A stretch of DNA of 64,000 nucleotides from NCBI GenBank assembly GCA_000004985.1, contig GG738891.1; one strand, 5' to 3'. Made by a program: the position numbers and the translations under genes. Source of the stretch: Naegleria gruberi. Its lineage: Eukaryota. The notes below the pieces were generated by a model. It ran no database searches. It worked only from the letters and a program-made list of their open reading frames with translations, and was not told the origin of the DNA. The first letter of the stretch is position 1, and each line of letters opens with the position of its first letter. Below, piece by piece: positions 51,039-63,319 of the stretch.

Positions 51039-54000
51039 TTAAAAGTTCATTGTCATCTTTTTCTTAGGTTGTTTGGCAGCAACTTTCTTTTCTGTCTTGG
51101 CAACAGCTGCTTGTTGTTGTTGTTTTGCAAAATCTTGAATATCCAGTAAAACTGATGAAGGTAAGAGTTGTGAAGTGATTAAGGATTTGAATTGTTCTGG
51201 AGCAACTTTGGTCAATCTGTCAAAACATTGAACTCCAAGAAGGAAGAGTTTGGAAAGGGCATTATTCTTGGCAAATTTAGTTACTTTCACTAACATTGGT
51301 ACAATCATACTCAAATAGCTTTGAATACCTTGAGAAGGTGTATTCAATTCAGCCAAAAGTGAAAAACCAGCCAACAAAATATTGATTGCTGGAGGAGCAA
51401 TCTTATCTGCACCATTAACAACAAGAAGTCTCGATTCTGATGAAAGACTCAGAACAATTTCTTCAGCAATCTTCATAGAATAGAAAACTGAAAGTTTTGC
51501 AAGACCGTTTCTAGCCAAGAATAGAATACCATTCTGAATACCATAAAGTAAGTTGAAAACATTGTCAACTGATTTGGCTTGTTTGATTTGATCAGTTCCG
51601 TGAAGAATTTCAATGTCAGAAGTAATTGCCTTACGAATAGCTGAGACAACATTTTCATGGATTGAAACATCAGAACATAGAGATGAAGAAAGGAAAATAA
51701 ATAATAATTCAACTTCTGGATTGGTAATTAGCTTTCCAGAGGCAACTCTACCAATAATATTTTCAATAGAGGCACTGATTGCTACTTGCCAAATACTGAA
51801 TTTCTCTTCAGCAGAGATGGATTGATCTTTGGATTCACTTTCATTTCTCAATTTTTCGCTTACCTCAATTATGGCTGTTGTGGTATCTAGACCCATGTTT
51901 GATTTGGTGAATTGAATGACTCTACAGGTTGTGTACAACAAAGTTGGGACTACAGCACCAGTAATTGACAAGCCAAAGACTTTAACAATTGTTTTCAAGG
52001 ATTTCATACTATTAGCAATTAAAAGTTTTTGTTCCTTTTCCAATTCAAAAGATCCTAGTTCAAATTCACTGTCTTGTTTGAAGAGATATGGGAAATGAAG
52101 TCTCAATGGCTTTAAGCAAACTTCAGTACTGGTTGTCACAACTGCTTGAGCATTGACTTGATCACTTGAAACAAAGAGAGAAACATCTACACTACTCAAA
52201 ATCTTTTCCAAAAGTTCAAGGCATGCATTATGAAGTTGGAAATGTCTGACTCCTTGAATTTCAATCAATAGCAAGAATACTTCGAAAACTGCTCCAGGAG
52301 CATGGTGATGTTTTTGGAATTGTTTGGTGGCCATTATTTCACCAATAGCTTTAATACACTTGATAGCCTTATCCACATTTCTCTTGTCAGTTCCATATAA
52401 TCCAGAAATTGCAAGACCAATCAATAGAGAATCATTATAGTCAATATCTTCAGCTACAGCTTCAAGACCAGCCTTCTCCTTTGCAAGCGTAATACCATTC
52501 AAAACACTAGCATAAGCTTGCTTGTAGTAGTAGAGTACATTTCTTTCGGTACCTAAAGCAACATAGTAGAATCTGTTAAGATTTTCTTCAGCTTGTTCAT
52601 AAATTGGAGAATATTGATCAGAACTTGATCTGACCAAGATGTTGTCATCCTCTTCGTCTGTTACCACAATTGTCAAGTTGGCAAAATCTTGCAATAAAGT
52701 ATACCAACTAATAAATATATCCTTCATATTTGGTTTAAGGATTTCAATGAGTTCAGTGTTTTGAGTTTCTTGAGCAGCTACATAAATATCAGCAAGAGCA
52801 GCTAATACAGAAACCTTAATCATACAAGTAGTAACCTCACCGCCTGCATTAATAAATAACTTTTCATCAATAACATAATTTACAAGGTAGGAACACATTA
52901 TGGAAAGTAATTTGTTTTGATTTCTAAGCATCTTAGAAGGAATGATTATTGATGAAAGTTGACATGCAACATATACTAGTAGAGGCGAGTTGATTTGTGT
53001 GATAGTTTCACAAACAGCTGTTGTAAATCTAAGTGAATGTTGTTGAAGTAAAACTTCACATGGACTAACTGGATCAAGTACTTCTCCAAAGACATTGTTA
53101 ATATTAATCATTAACACAAGCCCAGCATGTTGAACTGAAATAGTTCCTTTGTTTGTTGCAATAGAACAAATATTGATTATTTTTTCCAAATGATTAACCA
53201 AACAATCCTTGTCAGTATTCTTTAGAGCAACAGCCGCATCAACATGATGTAACTCATCCTTGAGTGTTTCGATAAGTTGTTGTAAACACTTCATGGAGAA
53301 TACCTTTGTTTGCCAACTGAAGGCAACAACTACTGATTTTCTTTCAACAGGAGTATCATCCTTTTCATCAGTATCACTCAACATTACACTTTGACTCTTT
53401 TCTGCTTCTGCTATCTTAGTTTCTGAAGAAACAACTGTAAAAATCAAATTGACCCAATCCTTTGGTGGTATTAATTTGCTTGAAATTAAAGATAAAACAA
53501 TATTCTTAAAGTGATTTTCTTGGTTATTTCCAGAAACATAGCTATCATTTGAACTTTGCGAAAGTGATTGATAGGTGAGAGCTTGTGAAATACTAAAATC
53601 AATTGAATCAATGATTTGGAACAATTCTTCAGGTGAGAAGTATTTAGAAATAAGTTCTGGCCTTTGGTCACAAATAATCTTGATACATTGACCAATCTCG
53701 TTTTGTATGTTTTCTATGTACAATCTTTCCTTCTTTGTGGAGAGTACTTGCTTCAAATATTGAACAATCATTTCAAAATCAGAAATCATATATGGTGTAA
53801 AAATGATAGCTCTTTGCATCAGTCTAACAAATTCAATTAGTAATCCATCGGTAATATCCAATTCAGAGGTGGTTAAAGTGGCATTCATAATGTCAGTAAT
53901 AAAGTATTGGAAAATCTTATCGAATGGAAGATTTCTGAGTTGCAAAAGCTCTGGGCCCAAACCAATCAATGCTCGCATAATTTTACAAACTCCAGTCATA

Positions 54001-57000
54001 ATAGAGGTTGGAGAGTTTGGATTTTCAAAGAGAAGTAAGAACAAGTGTTGAATGATTGACTCAGTGTGAGGCACGAAGGCAACACCATTAGTCTCAATAG
54101 TCTGGTAAATTGATACGATTGAGCTCTTTTGAACGTCTTCTTCTATAATCTTTGAAAGAGCAAGCAAGAAGCTAACTGTTGATGGTAAGGAAGCTCTACT
54201 CTTAAGAGCACCAATGGCTCTATTGACTGAACCGAGAGCTAAAGCTAAACCAGATTTGAGGGCAATATTAGTAGTGAGGATCTTTTCCTGGCAACGCTTA
54301 ACAAGGTCATTGAGTAAAATATCTCCTATAAGTTTACCAAATGAGTGCATACATTCGGCAGCAGCAGCTCTCACAAATGAATCTGAAAACCCTAAAGCAG
54401 CATTCAGAATGGAATGTACTTGGGTGAAAAATTTGTGTTTCCTGTTTTCTTCAATATTTGTCTCTAAATTTCTGAGAATGCAATAAACAGAAGCAACAAC
54501 GTTACTGAAAATGCACAACCCAACATCGGCTGGTCCTGTTTCTTCATCAAGTCTACTTCTTAAAGGTGTTGATGATGGAGAGATGAAGTTATTGGCAAGA
54601 GCTGTTTTGATTTGTTGTACTAAATGTTCAATAATTTGGGTCTTGGAGTTTGGTTTGTGGTAAATAAATAATTTTCCTAACAATCTGATTGAGGAGTCAA
54701 CTAATCTGACAGCCAGTGATGGTAATTTCAAATAAATACTTTCAGAATAGAATAAATTAGAAATATTATCAAATAAAACACAAGCTGCATCTAAACTATC
54801 AACTGATATTGAGGTTACTTTGCTTTCGATTGCTTCCAATTTGACTTTAAGATCAACCATTGAATCAACAAGAGAAGTTCTAACTGGTACTGAATCTGTT
54901 GATGTAGCATCAGCCTCAGCAAATGCCATCTTGGTAACAAAATTGATGACGTGTCTATGTTGAGGTAATTGCAACTTGCTGTCAACAGATGGTACATATG
55001 CAAGCATTACTTCTGGAAGTTTTCCAATCAAGTTAAATAAATTCATCTTGAGTAATCTTATTGAGTATAACCCTATTGAAGTAGTAGATTTAAAGTTGGT
55101 AGGTAAACTAGAGAGCAACTCAATGGTGGAGGAAATATATCCGAAAATCAAGTTCATCTTTTCTGGTGTGAGTAAAGGAGCACAATTAGTAATAAAAACT
55201 TGCAATGAAAGAAGGCAGCAAGCTCTAGATCTGAGTCTATATGTAATAATTTCCTCCTTAGTTGTATAAGTAATAGGTTCTTCATACTTTCCACTCATTG
55301 TTTCATTCCATAATTCGAGAATCTTCTCTAAATTATTCTTTACCCAGTAATCATTGAGAGAAAGAACTGAACAGATAAGTATCCAACAAGATTCTTGTCT
55401 CTTCATAGATACATAAATATCATCAATATCTCGATGAGCTGCTTTACCAAGCAGACATGCTGTATCTAAAACAGCAGAGCACAAACTATGAGAAATAGTC
55501 AAGCTATGTTTGGCAGATACAGTAATTAACGCAGCCAAGGCACATGAATGTCCATGTAACGAATTAGCATAATTTTTGATATTTTCATCCCTCTTGGAAG
55601 CTGTTGCTAATTCACCATGATCAATTTGTACCATGTTCATCAAAGCACTAATTAGACCTGTTGAGTGTGATGGTAAAGCTTCCATGAGTTGCTTAATTGT
55701 CAATGCTCCAACATATCTCACATTTTCAGATGGATATTTAAGACTACATAAAATAGCATCCAAAATAGAATCTCTTTGTTTAGAAACACATTCTCCTAAA
55801 ACTCTACATAATTTTCCTATACAATATAGCACAGTTGTAAAACAACTCTCATTGGACAAAACTGTATGGCCAACAACTAATTGAACTAAATTTGATAGTA
55901 AAGAAAGTCTTCCTGCTTCTGTTAATCTATCAATAAGACCAATACTAATCATTTTAGTTACATAGGTTTGGGCATATTTCTTGTCATTGTTTGTAATGTT
56001 GTTTGAACTGATCGAGATGAGTCCTGTTAAATTTCTTACAATTGTATCCATATTGTTGATAATGACTTCCTCTGGGCATTTAGAGAAGAAATAAATGATA
56101 CATGATGAAATAGCTGCTCTGAGCTCTTTTGTTTGTCCAATTCTTGTGAAAGGTGCTGTAGCAACCATGATGGCATACAGACAAGTGTATTCTTTAGAAC
56201 GTTTGGCTGTACTTCTTGGAGTTGTTCCACCATCTTCATTACCTACGGAATCATAAACACCTGTGTCACTCATACATGATAGTAATAATTGTGCTGTGCT
56301 ATGACTAAACACTTCTCTAACTTCTTCATCCGTTTCCTCCATAGCTTTCAAAGAAATATTAAGAGAAGTTTCAAAGATTTTTAGATTAACATCCGAAGGT
56401 CTCGCATAATTGATAGCAACAGCAAGCATAAGTTGCCCACAAGCTACTTTCACTTGTTTGTTTGTTTCTTGTGTTCCTTTCATAATTAATTTCAAGTATT
56501 CAGTCCACTCATTCTTCACTCTCTTTTTAGAGTTTGCTACAAACTTTGTACATAATAATAACATTGATTCTTTCATCGGATCATCCTATAATAATCATCA
56601 AATATTAAATCCAAATAACAATAAAGTTATAACAATGTTTAAATAATTAATCAAATAATAAAGTATAATAACAATAAATCTATAATCTAACAATTAAAAA
56701 CAACTTACATTCAACTTCCACAATCGTGTAAAGAGGCCATTCATGATCAAATTAAATAAACTTGGAACAAGATGTGATTGTATCGAATAGGCCTCTCCGA
56801 GTATATCCAATAAACAGGAAATTTCGTTCAACTTTTGTGGATTTCTAGCAAGATTGGAGTGTTGTTCAAGTGATTGAATAATACGACTTGATCCGGATGG
56901 AATCAACGATGTTGGATTTATCCTATAAAATCTATTAAAACATCTACACAAAAGTCGTTTCGTGAGAGAAGGATTGCCAATATTTGTCAGAAAAGACACT

Positions 57001-57176
57001 GACTTTATCAATGTAACTTCAACATTCTTATCCAATTTATCATAACCAGTATTCTCCAAATAACCACACAAATCGGTGAATATCAGATAAATTTGTTGTT
57101 GTTGAGTACTATTTATCTTTTTGTTTTGTGAGGCAAGCGTACAAAACTGTGTTAGCTGAGAGAGACAGGCCTGCAT
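51039..57176 (-). CDS. giant HEAT/ARM-repeat protein, HEATR5/Laa1-like (2 exons, ~2005 aa)
   Basis: Exon 1 is 56709..57176. The intron is 56586..56708 (123 nt, GTAAGT..TAG, phase 0). Exon 2 is 51039..56585, and the junction reads ..TRLWKLN-DDPMKESMLL. The composition is all-helical and repeat-like throughout. Size and N-terminal layout suggest HEATR5, but the family call is tentative. Confidence 0.55.
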
Positions 57177-57435
57177 TTTTTATGATTTGAAATTGTCGTT
57201 GGATAATTTCCCTCTTCTCTCACCACTTATCACAAACAACAAACATATCATAAAAAAATTATTAAAAAAATATCAAATAATGAAACCTTAATCCCGAATA
57301 ATAATATTATTTCATTGTTTATGATGAAGACTTTGATTACATGACTGGTTTGTTGCAGAGACTGAAATCAAGAAATGAATATATTGCCAAGAAGTAGGAG
57401 GACTAAATTTAGTCATAATCATTCTTGCAATTTGT

Positions 57436-58998
57436 TTAATCAAATTTCCAACCAGAACTGAACATATTCTTGTAATTTCCTTCACTTTGAAAGATGCCAA
57501 AGGCCATATGATAAATACTATCAAGTATTTGAATTCTTTCTTTTCCAAAATCTGAGAATCTTCTTTTAAATTCATTCCATTCTAAATAATTAACCTTATT
57601 ATTGATAGATTTCAATCCAATCTTGAACAGTAAATATCTTGCCAATTTCATCTCTCCAATAATTTTTGTAATTCTGCACGGAATATTTGCTCCTAACTTG
57701 TATTGGAATGTGTTTATGACCTCATCCACTTTTTTACGGTCTTCTTCAGTTATTTGAGCAAATCTTTTTTCAAATTTCTCATCATTGTCATTCAATTCTT
57801 TCAAGTAAGCTCCAAGCTCCTCAGTTGATTTGAAATCATTAATGTCAATAAAAAGGCTTGAAGGAAAACCCCAATCCTTAATATTTTGAGCTCCTCTATA
57901 AATGATTAATAACTTGGCACCATTTTGAAGAGCTTTCACACCCTCAAAGAATTTCTCTGTAACGTAATCCTTTGAAATGGAATTCTCAGCAGCAAAATAG
58001 AATTTGCAATTATTCTCCAATTCAAATTGTTTTCCATCAGGGCCTTCTTGAGCATTTCTTCCACAACGTCCATACTGTCTTATTGGAATAAACTTGGATA
58101 ATGTGGTGAGAGTTTGATATCTTTCTTTTGCATAGGTTCCATCCTTGCAATTCGAAACAAAGGCACAAATTCCAGAATTTCCACTTCTTTTCTTTTTTCC
58201 AAAGAATGCACTCTTTGCCAACTCGATAGGATAATACAAATAATTTACCCAAACAGAGCAAGTTGACAAGTAACAAACGCTAATATCTGCAGTAGATTCA
58301 GAGAATCTCTTCATGGATTCAATATCTGAAACTGTTTGAGTGAGAGGTTGAATATTTTCATGAAGAACTGCCTCACTACACATAAAGATTGATAATCTTC
58401 TCATTCCTCTCCACATATTCTCACCATACAATTCATCAATTTTATGGGAACGAATCAAGCTTTGAGAACTTTCCAATTCTATAACTCTTTGAAATACTTC
58501 AATATTTCTCAATTCTTCCTCTTTTGTGCTGAGGAAGAATGGCTGAGAATATTCACACAACACTAAAACTGCATCCAAATTCAAACCTCTTTCTTTTGAT
58601 ACAATGTCAGCACTCTTATCTCCATATATTTTACTTGAATGTTGTCTAGTACATTTTGATGTATCAAAAGTTCTAAAATAGGAAAACATTGAATCACTTG
58701 TTGTCCAAGTATCTTGAAATCCTAACTTTGCCATGATTGGATCAGAAAATTTAGTATTTCCCAACATGTTATTTTCCAATTGTTTTCGGTACCATCCATA
58801 ACTTCCTTCGCTGTCTTGATATGGATTTGTTAATTGTAGAGCAATTGCTGTGAAAACATCGTGTGAAGGAAGGAAAATATTAGAAAGGAACCAAATTATT
58901 AAAACAGTAAAAATTATTATTCCATAGATCAAATGTTTCTTATTTCCAGTGATCTTTTTTAATAACAATTTAAATTTGTTGGTTTTGGCTTGTTTCAA
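57436..58998 (-). CDS. alpha-1,3-fucosyltransferase-like glycosyltransferase (GT10), type II membrane topology; 5' end unresolved
   Basis: An N-terminal TM segment is present (HLIYGIIIFTVLIIWFLSNIF). The GT10 motif region reads ICAFVSNCKDGTYAKERYQTLTTLSKFIPIRQYGRCGRN...CKFYFAAENSISKDYVTEKFFEG. The first codon of the ORF is TTG, and there is no in-frame ATG before the TM segment. Confidence 0.65.
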   Translation of the reverse strand: MKQAKTNKFKLLLKKITGNKKHLIYGIIIFTVLIIWFLSNIFLPSHDVFTAIALQLTNPYQDSEGSYGWYRKQLENNMLGNTKFSDPIMAKLGFQDTWTTSDSMFSYFRTFDTSKCTRQHSSKIYGDKSADIVSKERGLNLDAVLVLCEYSQPFFLSTKEEELRNIEVFQRVIELESSQSLIRSHKIDELYGENMWRGMRRLSIFMCSEAVLHENIQPLTQTVSDIESMKRFSESTADISVCYLSTCSVWVNYLYYPIELAKSAFFGKKKRSGNSGICAFVSNCKDGTYAKERYQTLTTLSKFIPIRQYGRCGRNAQEGPDGKQFELENNCKFYFAAENSISKDYVTEKFFEGVKALQNGAKLLIIYRGAQNIKDWGFPSSLFIDINDFKSTEELGAYLKELNDNDEKFEKRFAQITEEDRKKVDEVINTFQYKLGANIPCRITKIIGEMKLARYLLFKIGLKSINNKVNYLEWNEFKRRFSDFGKERIQILDSIYHMAFGIFQSEGNYKNMFSSGWKFD

Positions 58999-59208
58999 GT
59001 CATGGAAGGAATGATCAGTACTTGGTTCGTGTGGTCTGCTTCTTCTGGTGAGGTTAGGAATAACACCACGATCTTAGTGAGTAGGAAGGTAACATTTTTT
59101 CACAACCTTTCAACTCTCTTTTGAAGTGTGACGCTGATAAAAGTCAAGACCGACTATTAAAAAGGAAATCGAGTTTAAAGAGCAAAATTCAAAATTAAAA
59201 TTGAGTGT

Positions 59209-61077
59209 TTAGTATTCAAAGCTTTGTACCAGGTTTTCTTCGTAAAGATCTTCCTCTTCTTCGAAACCATCAAACATTCTTCGAGAGTTAGATTCCTCAA
59301 TGTATTCATCCATTCCCACATTTACTGTACAAACTCTGCTGGGTATTGATTGTGAGACACTACTACTCTTATTGACATATTCCTCATCTTCTTCAGTTAA
59401 GCTGGCTAACATTGTGTTTCTTTCAATAAAACTGTCATGCTTTGATCTTTTTGGCTCCATATGGTCTTCATCCAACAGCACAATATCATCATCTTCAAAT
59501 AGTTGAGGATTATATCTCTTTTCTTCCTTAAATTTATAACTATTAATCGTCTTGATGCTCTTTCTTGGTGGGTATTGTAAGGAAAATTCTTCATTTGCAA
59601 TTTCTTCTTCCAGCTCATTGGATCCTTCTTCCTCTTCAATTTCCTCGTCACTAAAGTCTGTTTTTCCAAACAAGTCACTATTTGTATCCTCTTCATCTTC
59701 GTCTTCGTTATCCATTCCTCTAAATAACGTGTTCTTAGATGGTGTTGATCTAGAATCTTGTAACTTTACAGAGGTCAAACTCTTTTCCAGATTTGAGATG
59801 TTGTCATATGATTTTTGAATTGACTTTTTAGAGAAAGCTTCTGGAGGAGGCTGATAAAGAGGAGAATCGTCCAATTCATCGCCAATATCTTCCTCTGAAA
59901 TAATAATCATGTCATCATGAGAAGCAGAAGCTTGATAATGTTCTGGATGGTACTCTTCCTTTGGAGGTTTTTTTAAAATTCTTAATTCCTCTATTGAATA
60001 GTGTTGTGTGTCTTCTTCCAAAATATCGTCTTGTTCCTCTCTGTTTTCATACCTAGATATTTGAGAATCATTTGGGATATTGCTATGAGAAATTAATAGT
60101 ACATGATTTTGTTGCTTATTGGAGCTTCCTAGTTTGGATTGAACTTGACTCTTGTTGTTTTGTTTTGCAGTTTTGGTAATTGGTTTGGCTCCTTGCATGA
60201 CAAGAGCTTTGGAATTGGTTGGACTGGTGGTGTTTGGAGTTGTTATCATTCTTGGTAGAGCTGTTTGTGGTTTAGGTTCAGTTAGGAATGATGATTGGTC
60301 CAGTATCGATTCAGACATGTCAATATTGGTTGTGTTAGGTCTGTTTGAAGTTTTTGCCATTCTCCTTCCGAAGGCAATATGTGGTTTATCTTTTGATGTA
60401 TTCAATGGTTTCTCAATGGCGAGTGGTTTCTTCTTCAGAGCTAACTTTTCTTCTTCTGTCAGATATGAAGATGCATCTATCATGCATACGTTATTATCTC
60501 CCATATGTGTAAATGCCAATTTCTTCGGTATGAGTGCCTCCGTGACAGGATTCTGTCTTAGGGAGTATATTTTCCTTAACGTACAAGCTGGTCCAATACT
60601 AATCCTATCCATGCAATAGTACTCTTCCTTATCATTGAATGACATGGATGTCAGTTCTTGTAAATCAAAACATAAATTCATCCACTCTCCACTTTTTACA
60701 ACATCAGAAATTGGTATTTGCGTATGCAGTTGTGTCTTGGTAACAGTTTTAAAACTACTAGAGAAAATCAATCTCTTTTTGATTTGTTTTTTATCCCGAA
60801 TATGTATTTCTATTTGAAAAACTGATCCGATACAACATTGTAGTACTAAATATCGATGCATAATTTGTAGTGTTGATGTTGTCGATTTCGGAAGCTCAAT
60901 GTTCGTTGTATGAAAGGAACTTCCCTCAATACAAACAACAAACGATTTAACCTCTTTATCAAATTCTTTTTTTACCATCTTTGTATTCTTAATTGCAATA
61001 TTAGCAAGAGCACTCGATCCCTGAGTTGACAGCAATTCAATACTATCACCCGAACTTGAGGCAAGATTTGTCGACAT
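59209..61077 (-). CDS. CFAP20-domain (DUF667)-containing protein with long acidic disordered C-terminus (622 aa)
   Basis: The N-terminal ~180 aa are colinear with the CFAP20/BUG22 fold pattern (SFVVCIEGSSFHTTNIELPKS..TLQIMHRYLVLQCC....FQIEIHIRDKKQIKKRLIFSS...GEWMNLCFDLQELTSMSF......MDRISIGPACTLRKIYS). The remainder is low-complexity. Confidence 0.5.
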   Translation of the reverse strand: MSTNLASSSGDSIELLSTQGSSALANIAIKNTKMVKKEFDKEVKSFVVCIEGSSFHTTNIELPKSTTSTLQIMHRYLVLQCCIGSVFQIEIHIRDKKQIKKRLIFSSSFKTVTKTQLHTQIPISDVVKSGEWMNLCFDLQELTSMSFNDKEEYYCMDRISIGPACTLRKIYSLRQNPVTEALIPKKLAFTHMGDNNVCMIDASSYLTEEEKLALKKKPLAIEKPLNTSKDKPHIAFGRRMAKTSNRPNTTNIDMSESILDQSSFLTEPKPQTALPRMITTPNTTSPTNSKALVMQGAKPITKTAKQNNKSQVQSKLGSSNKQQNHVLLISHSNIPNDSQISRYENREEQDDILEEDTQHYSIEELRILKKPPKEEYHPEHYQASASHDDMIIISEEDIGDELDDSPLYQPPPEAFSKKSIQKSYDNISNLEKSLTSVKLQDSRSTPSKNTLFRGMDNEDEDEEDTNSDLFGKTDFSDEEIEEEEGSNELEEEIANEEFSLQYPPRKSIKTINSYKFKEEKRYNPQLFEDDDIVLLDEDHMEPKRSKHDSFIERNTMLASLTEEDEEYVNKSSSVSQSIPSRVCTVNVGMDEYIEESNSRRMFDGFEEEEDLYEENLVQSFEY

Positions 61078-61309
61078 TTTTTATTCTTATTTTTAGATGA
61101 CAAACAGCCTCAATAGCAAACCTAAAAAAAACCGTAAATTCGCTTGATTGCTTGCGATTTTGATCATCATAACCTTCATGAAAAAATATATTAGAAAGTA
61201 AATATGGGAAATGAGAACACTGGAAGTGAAAAAAGCAATAAGGCAATTTTAAATAATAATAATAAATAATATTTAATATTAATGAACAAGTTTTCCCTCC
61301 ATCAAAAAA

Positions 61310-62757
61310 ATGCCAGCAAAGAAAGTGAAGAGTAAAGACTCTACTACAACAACACAGCAACAACAGAGACATCCAAAACTAAGAAGAAGTCATCATCATC
61401 GAGTAGTAGTGCACCGAAAAAGTCTTCATCTTCGGGTAGTAGTGCTGCTACACCAAGTACTCCAACAATAGCATCGAATGTGAATACAACATCAAAATCA
61501 TCATCAAAACAGGCATCAGCAACATCTTCTGTTGATTCTGTTCACAATTTATCATCATCTGTGGCTTCTCCTTCTCCCTCTGTAACAAAACCTAAAAAAA
61601 CAAGTAAGAAAACAAAAACTTCTTCATCTATAACTTCAGGCAGTGCTAGTAATTCTTCTGTTGCTGCTACAAGTGCTCCGATCATTCCACAAGCCTCTAT
61701 TCCTCCTTCCTCACAAATTGCAACCCCTGTAACTATAAATTATGCACAACAGGCAGTACCTCTGGCTTTTCCACCACAGTTTGCCAATAAGAATACCAAT
61801 CCTACACCACCATCAAATGTGGAGGTTCCATACTCGGAGGAAATCAGTAAAATGTTGATGGTATTTTGTTATACGAGCAGAATTGAGCCAAATGGAAATA
61901 GAATTATTGAAAGATATACTAGAAATCATTTAATTCAATTAATTTCAACAGCTTGTGAACAGATACAAAAATCAGCCACACAAACAGATAGTTCAATAAC
62001 TATTTCTCCAGATGACATTCTCTTCTTATTTAAAAATAATAGTCTAAAATTAGCTAGGATTGAAAATTTAATTAAAGTGAAGGAAATGAGGAAAAAGGAT
62101 GAAGAAAGTACATCAGAATCTGATCCAAAGAAGAGAAAACTTACAGCAATCCCATTATTAAAGGAAAAAAAGATTAAATATGATCCAATTTTAGAGATTG
62201 GACATTTTTCTGATGATGAGGATTTGGAAAATGAAAAATCAAGCTACGATCCTTTTGCCACATACATGCACGAAAAACGAAAGGCTGCTGATTTTTTAAC
62301 TAAATGTATGACAACAAATGAATATATGGAATTTACAAAGAATAGAGAGTCTGCAAACATGTTGACTAAGGGAACCAAAAAATTCAGACAATGGCTCGAC
62401 GTGTCGAACGATATCAAGATGAACGACCTTGTTTTAGAAATATTAGCAATGGAAGCTTTCGAAACTATTGGAATACTCTGTCAAGTAGCTCTCATAGTAG
62501 CTATCGATAGTCAAAATAGAAGAATATCACCATTCGAGGATGCTCTTTTCAAGTATGCTGGCTTACTGTCCGAGAGAGCCAGAAGGATGTACTCTCAACA
62601 TCCACAAGACCCGATAGACTTGGCCACTTCGAAACCAGTTCCAACTGTAAATAATAGTTTCCTTACTAATAATCACTTCCTTAGCGCAATCACCTTACTC
62701 CACCCACCAAGTTGCGGAAAACATTATAACCCTCTCAAATTTATTGTGAACATATAA
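61310..62757 (+). CDS. SPT3/SUPT3-like (TAF13-type double histone-fold) transcription factor; 5' end has a frame problem
   Basis: The first histone fold reads EEISKMLMVFCYTSRIEPNGNRIIERYTRNHLIQLISTACEQ...ITISPDDILFLFKNNSLKLARIENLIKVKEMRK. The second reads FRQWLDVS...NDLVLEILAMEAFETIGILCQVALIV. The main frame is open from ~61340 but has no ATG. A good-context ATG at 61310 lies in another frame. Confidence 0.55.
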
Positions 62758-63319
62758 ACCCATATTCTTTTGAAGCGACATCAACTTTGAGGTATTTCAG
62801 TTTCTAAACAAGTTTTCAATGAAAAATTGCTTATTATACAAAAGAACTTAATCCTTAATGATGCTTAATGATGGAATTTACAGTAAAACAGAAATTTCTT
62901 TCCAAATATATAATAATAGAGTATTGAACCTCTAATGAGCAGATATATATTACATTTAATATTCTTAATAAATAGTTTCATTATTTGTAATTTCTATTTT
63001 TTGTAATATTTTTGGAATATCACAATTATCACCATCATTCAAATAACATTTACTTTTTAATGAATGAATATTATTTGATTGAGGTGTTGTATCAGAAACT
63101 CCACCTATTGTGGATGAAGAGGAGTGACGAATTGTAATCAAATTGTTTGATCAGATTTTAACTGAAAATCATAGTGAAAGTTCGTATGATTGTTGTAATA
63201 ATGAGAGCGGTTACAATTGATCATCCACCAATGGATTGGAAGGAGGGTTTCACCGCAAATTTTGCTAACTCCTAAACTTTGAATGCACATATTTGGAGAG
63301 ATTTTCAGCAAAAGAAAAA

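Noticed and set aside
57312-57575. An 87-aa ORF overlaps the 3' end of the GT10 gene.
   Set aside because: It is in an alternative frame of the same strand within a well-supported CDS. It has no independent support.
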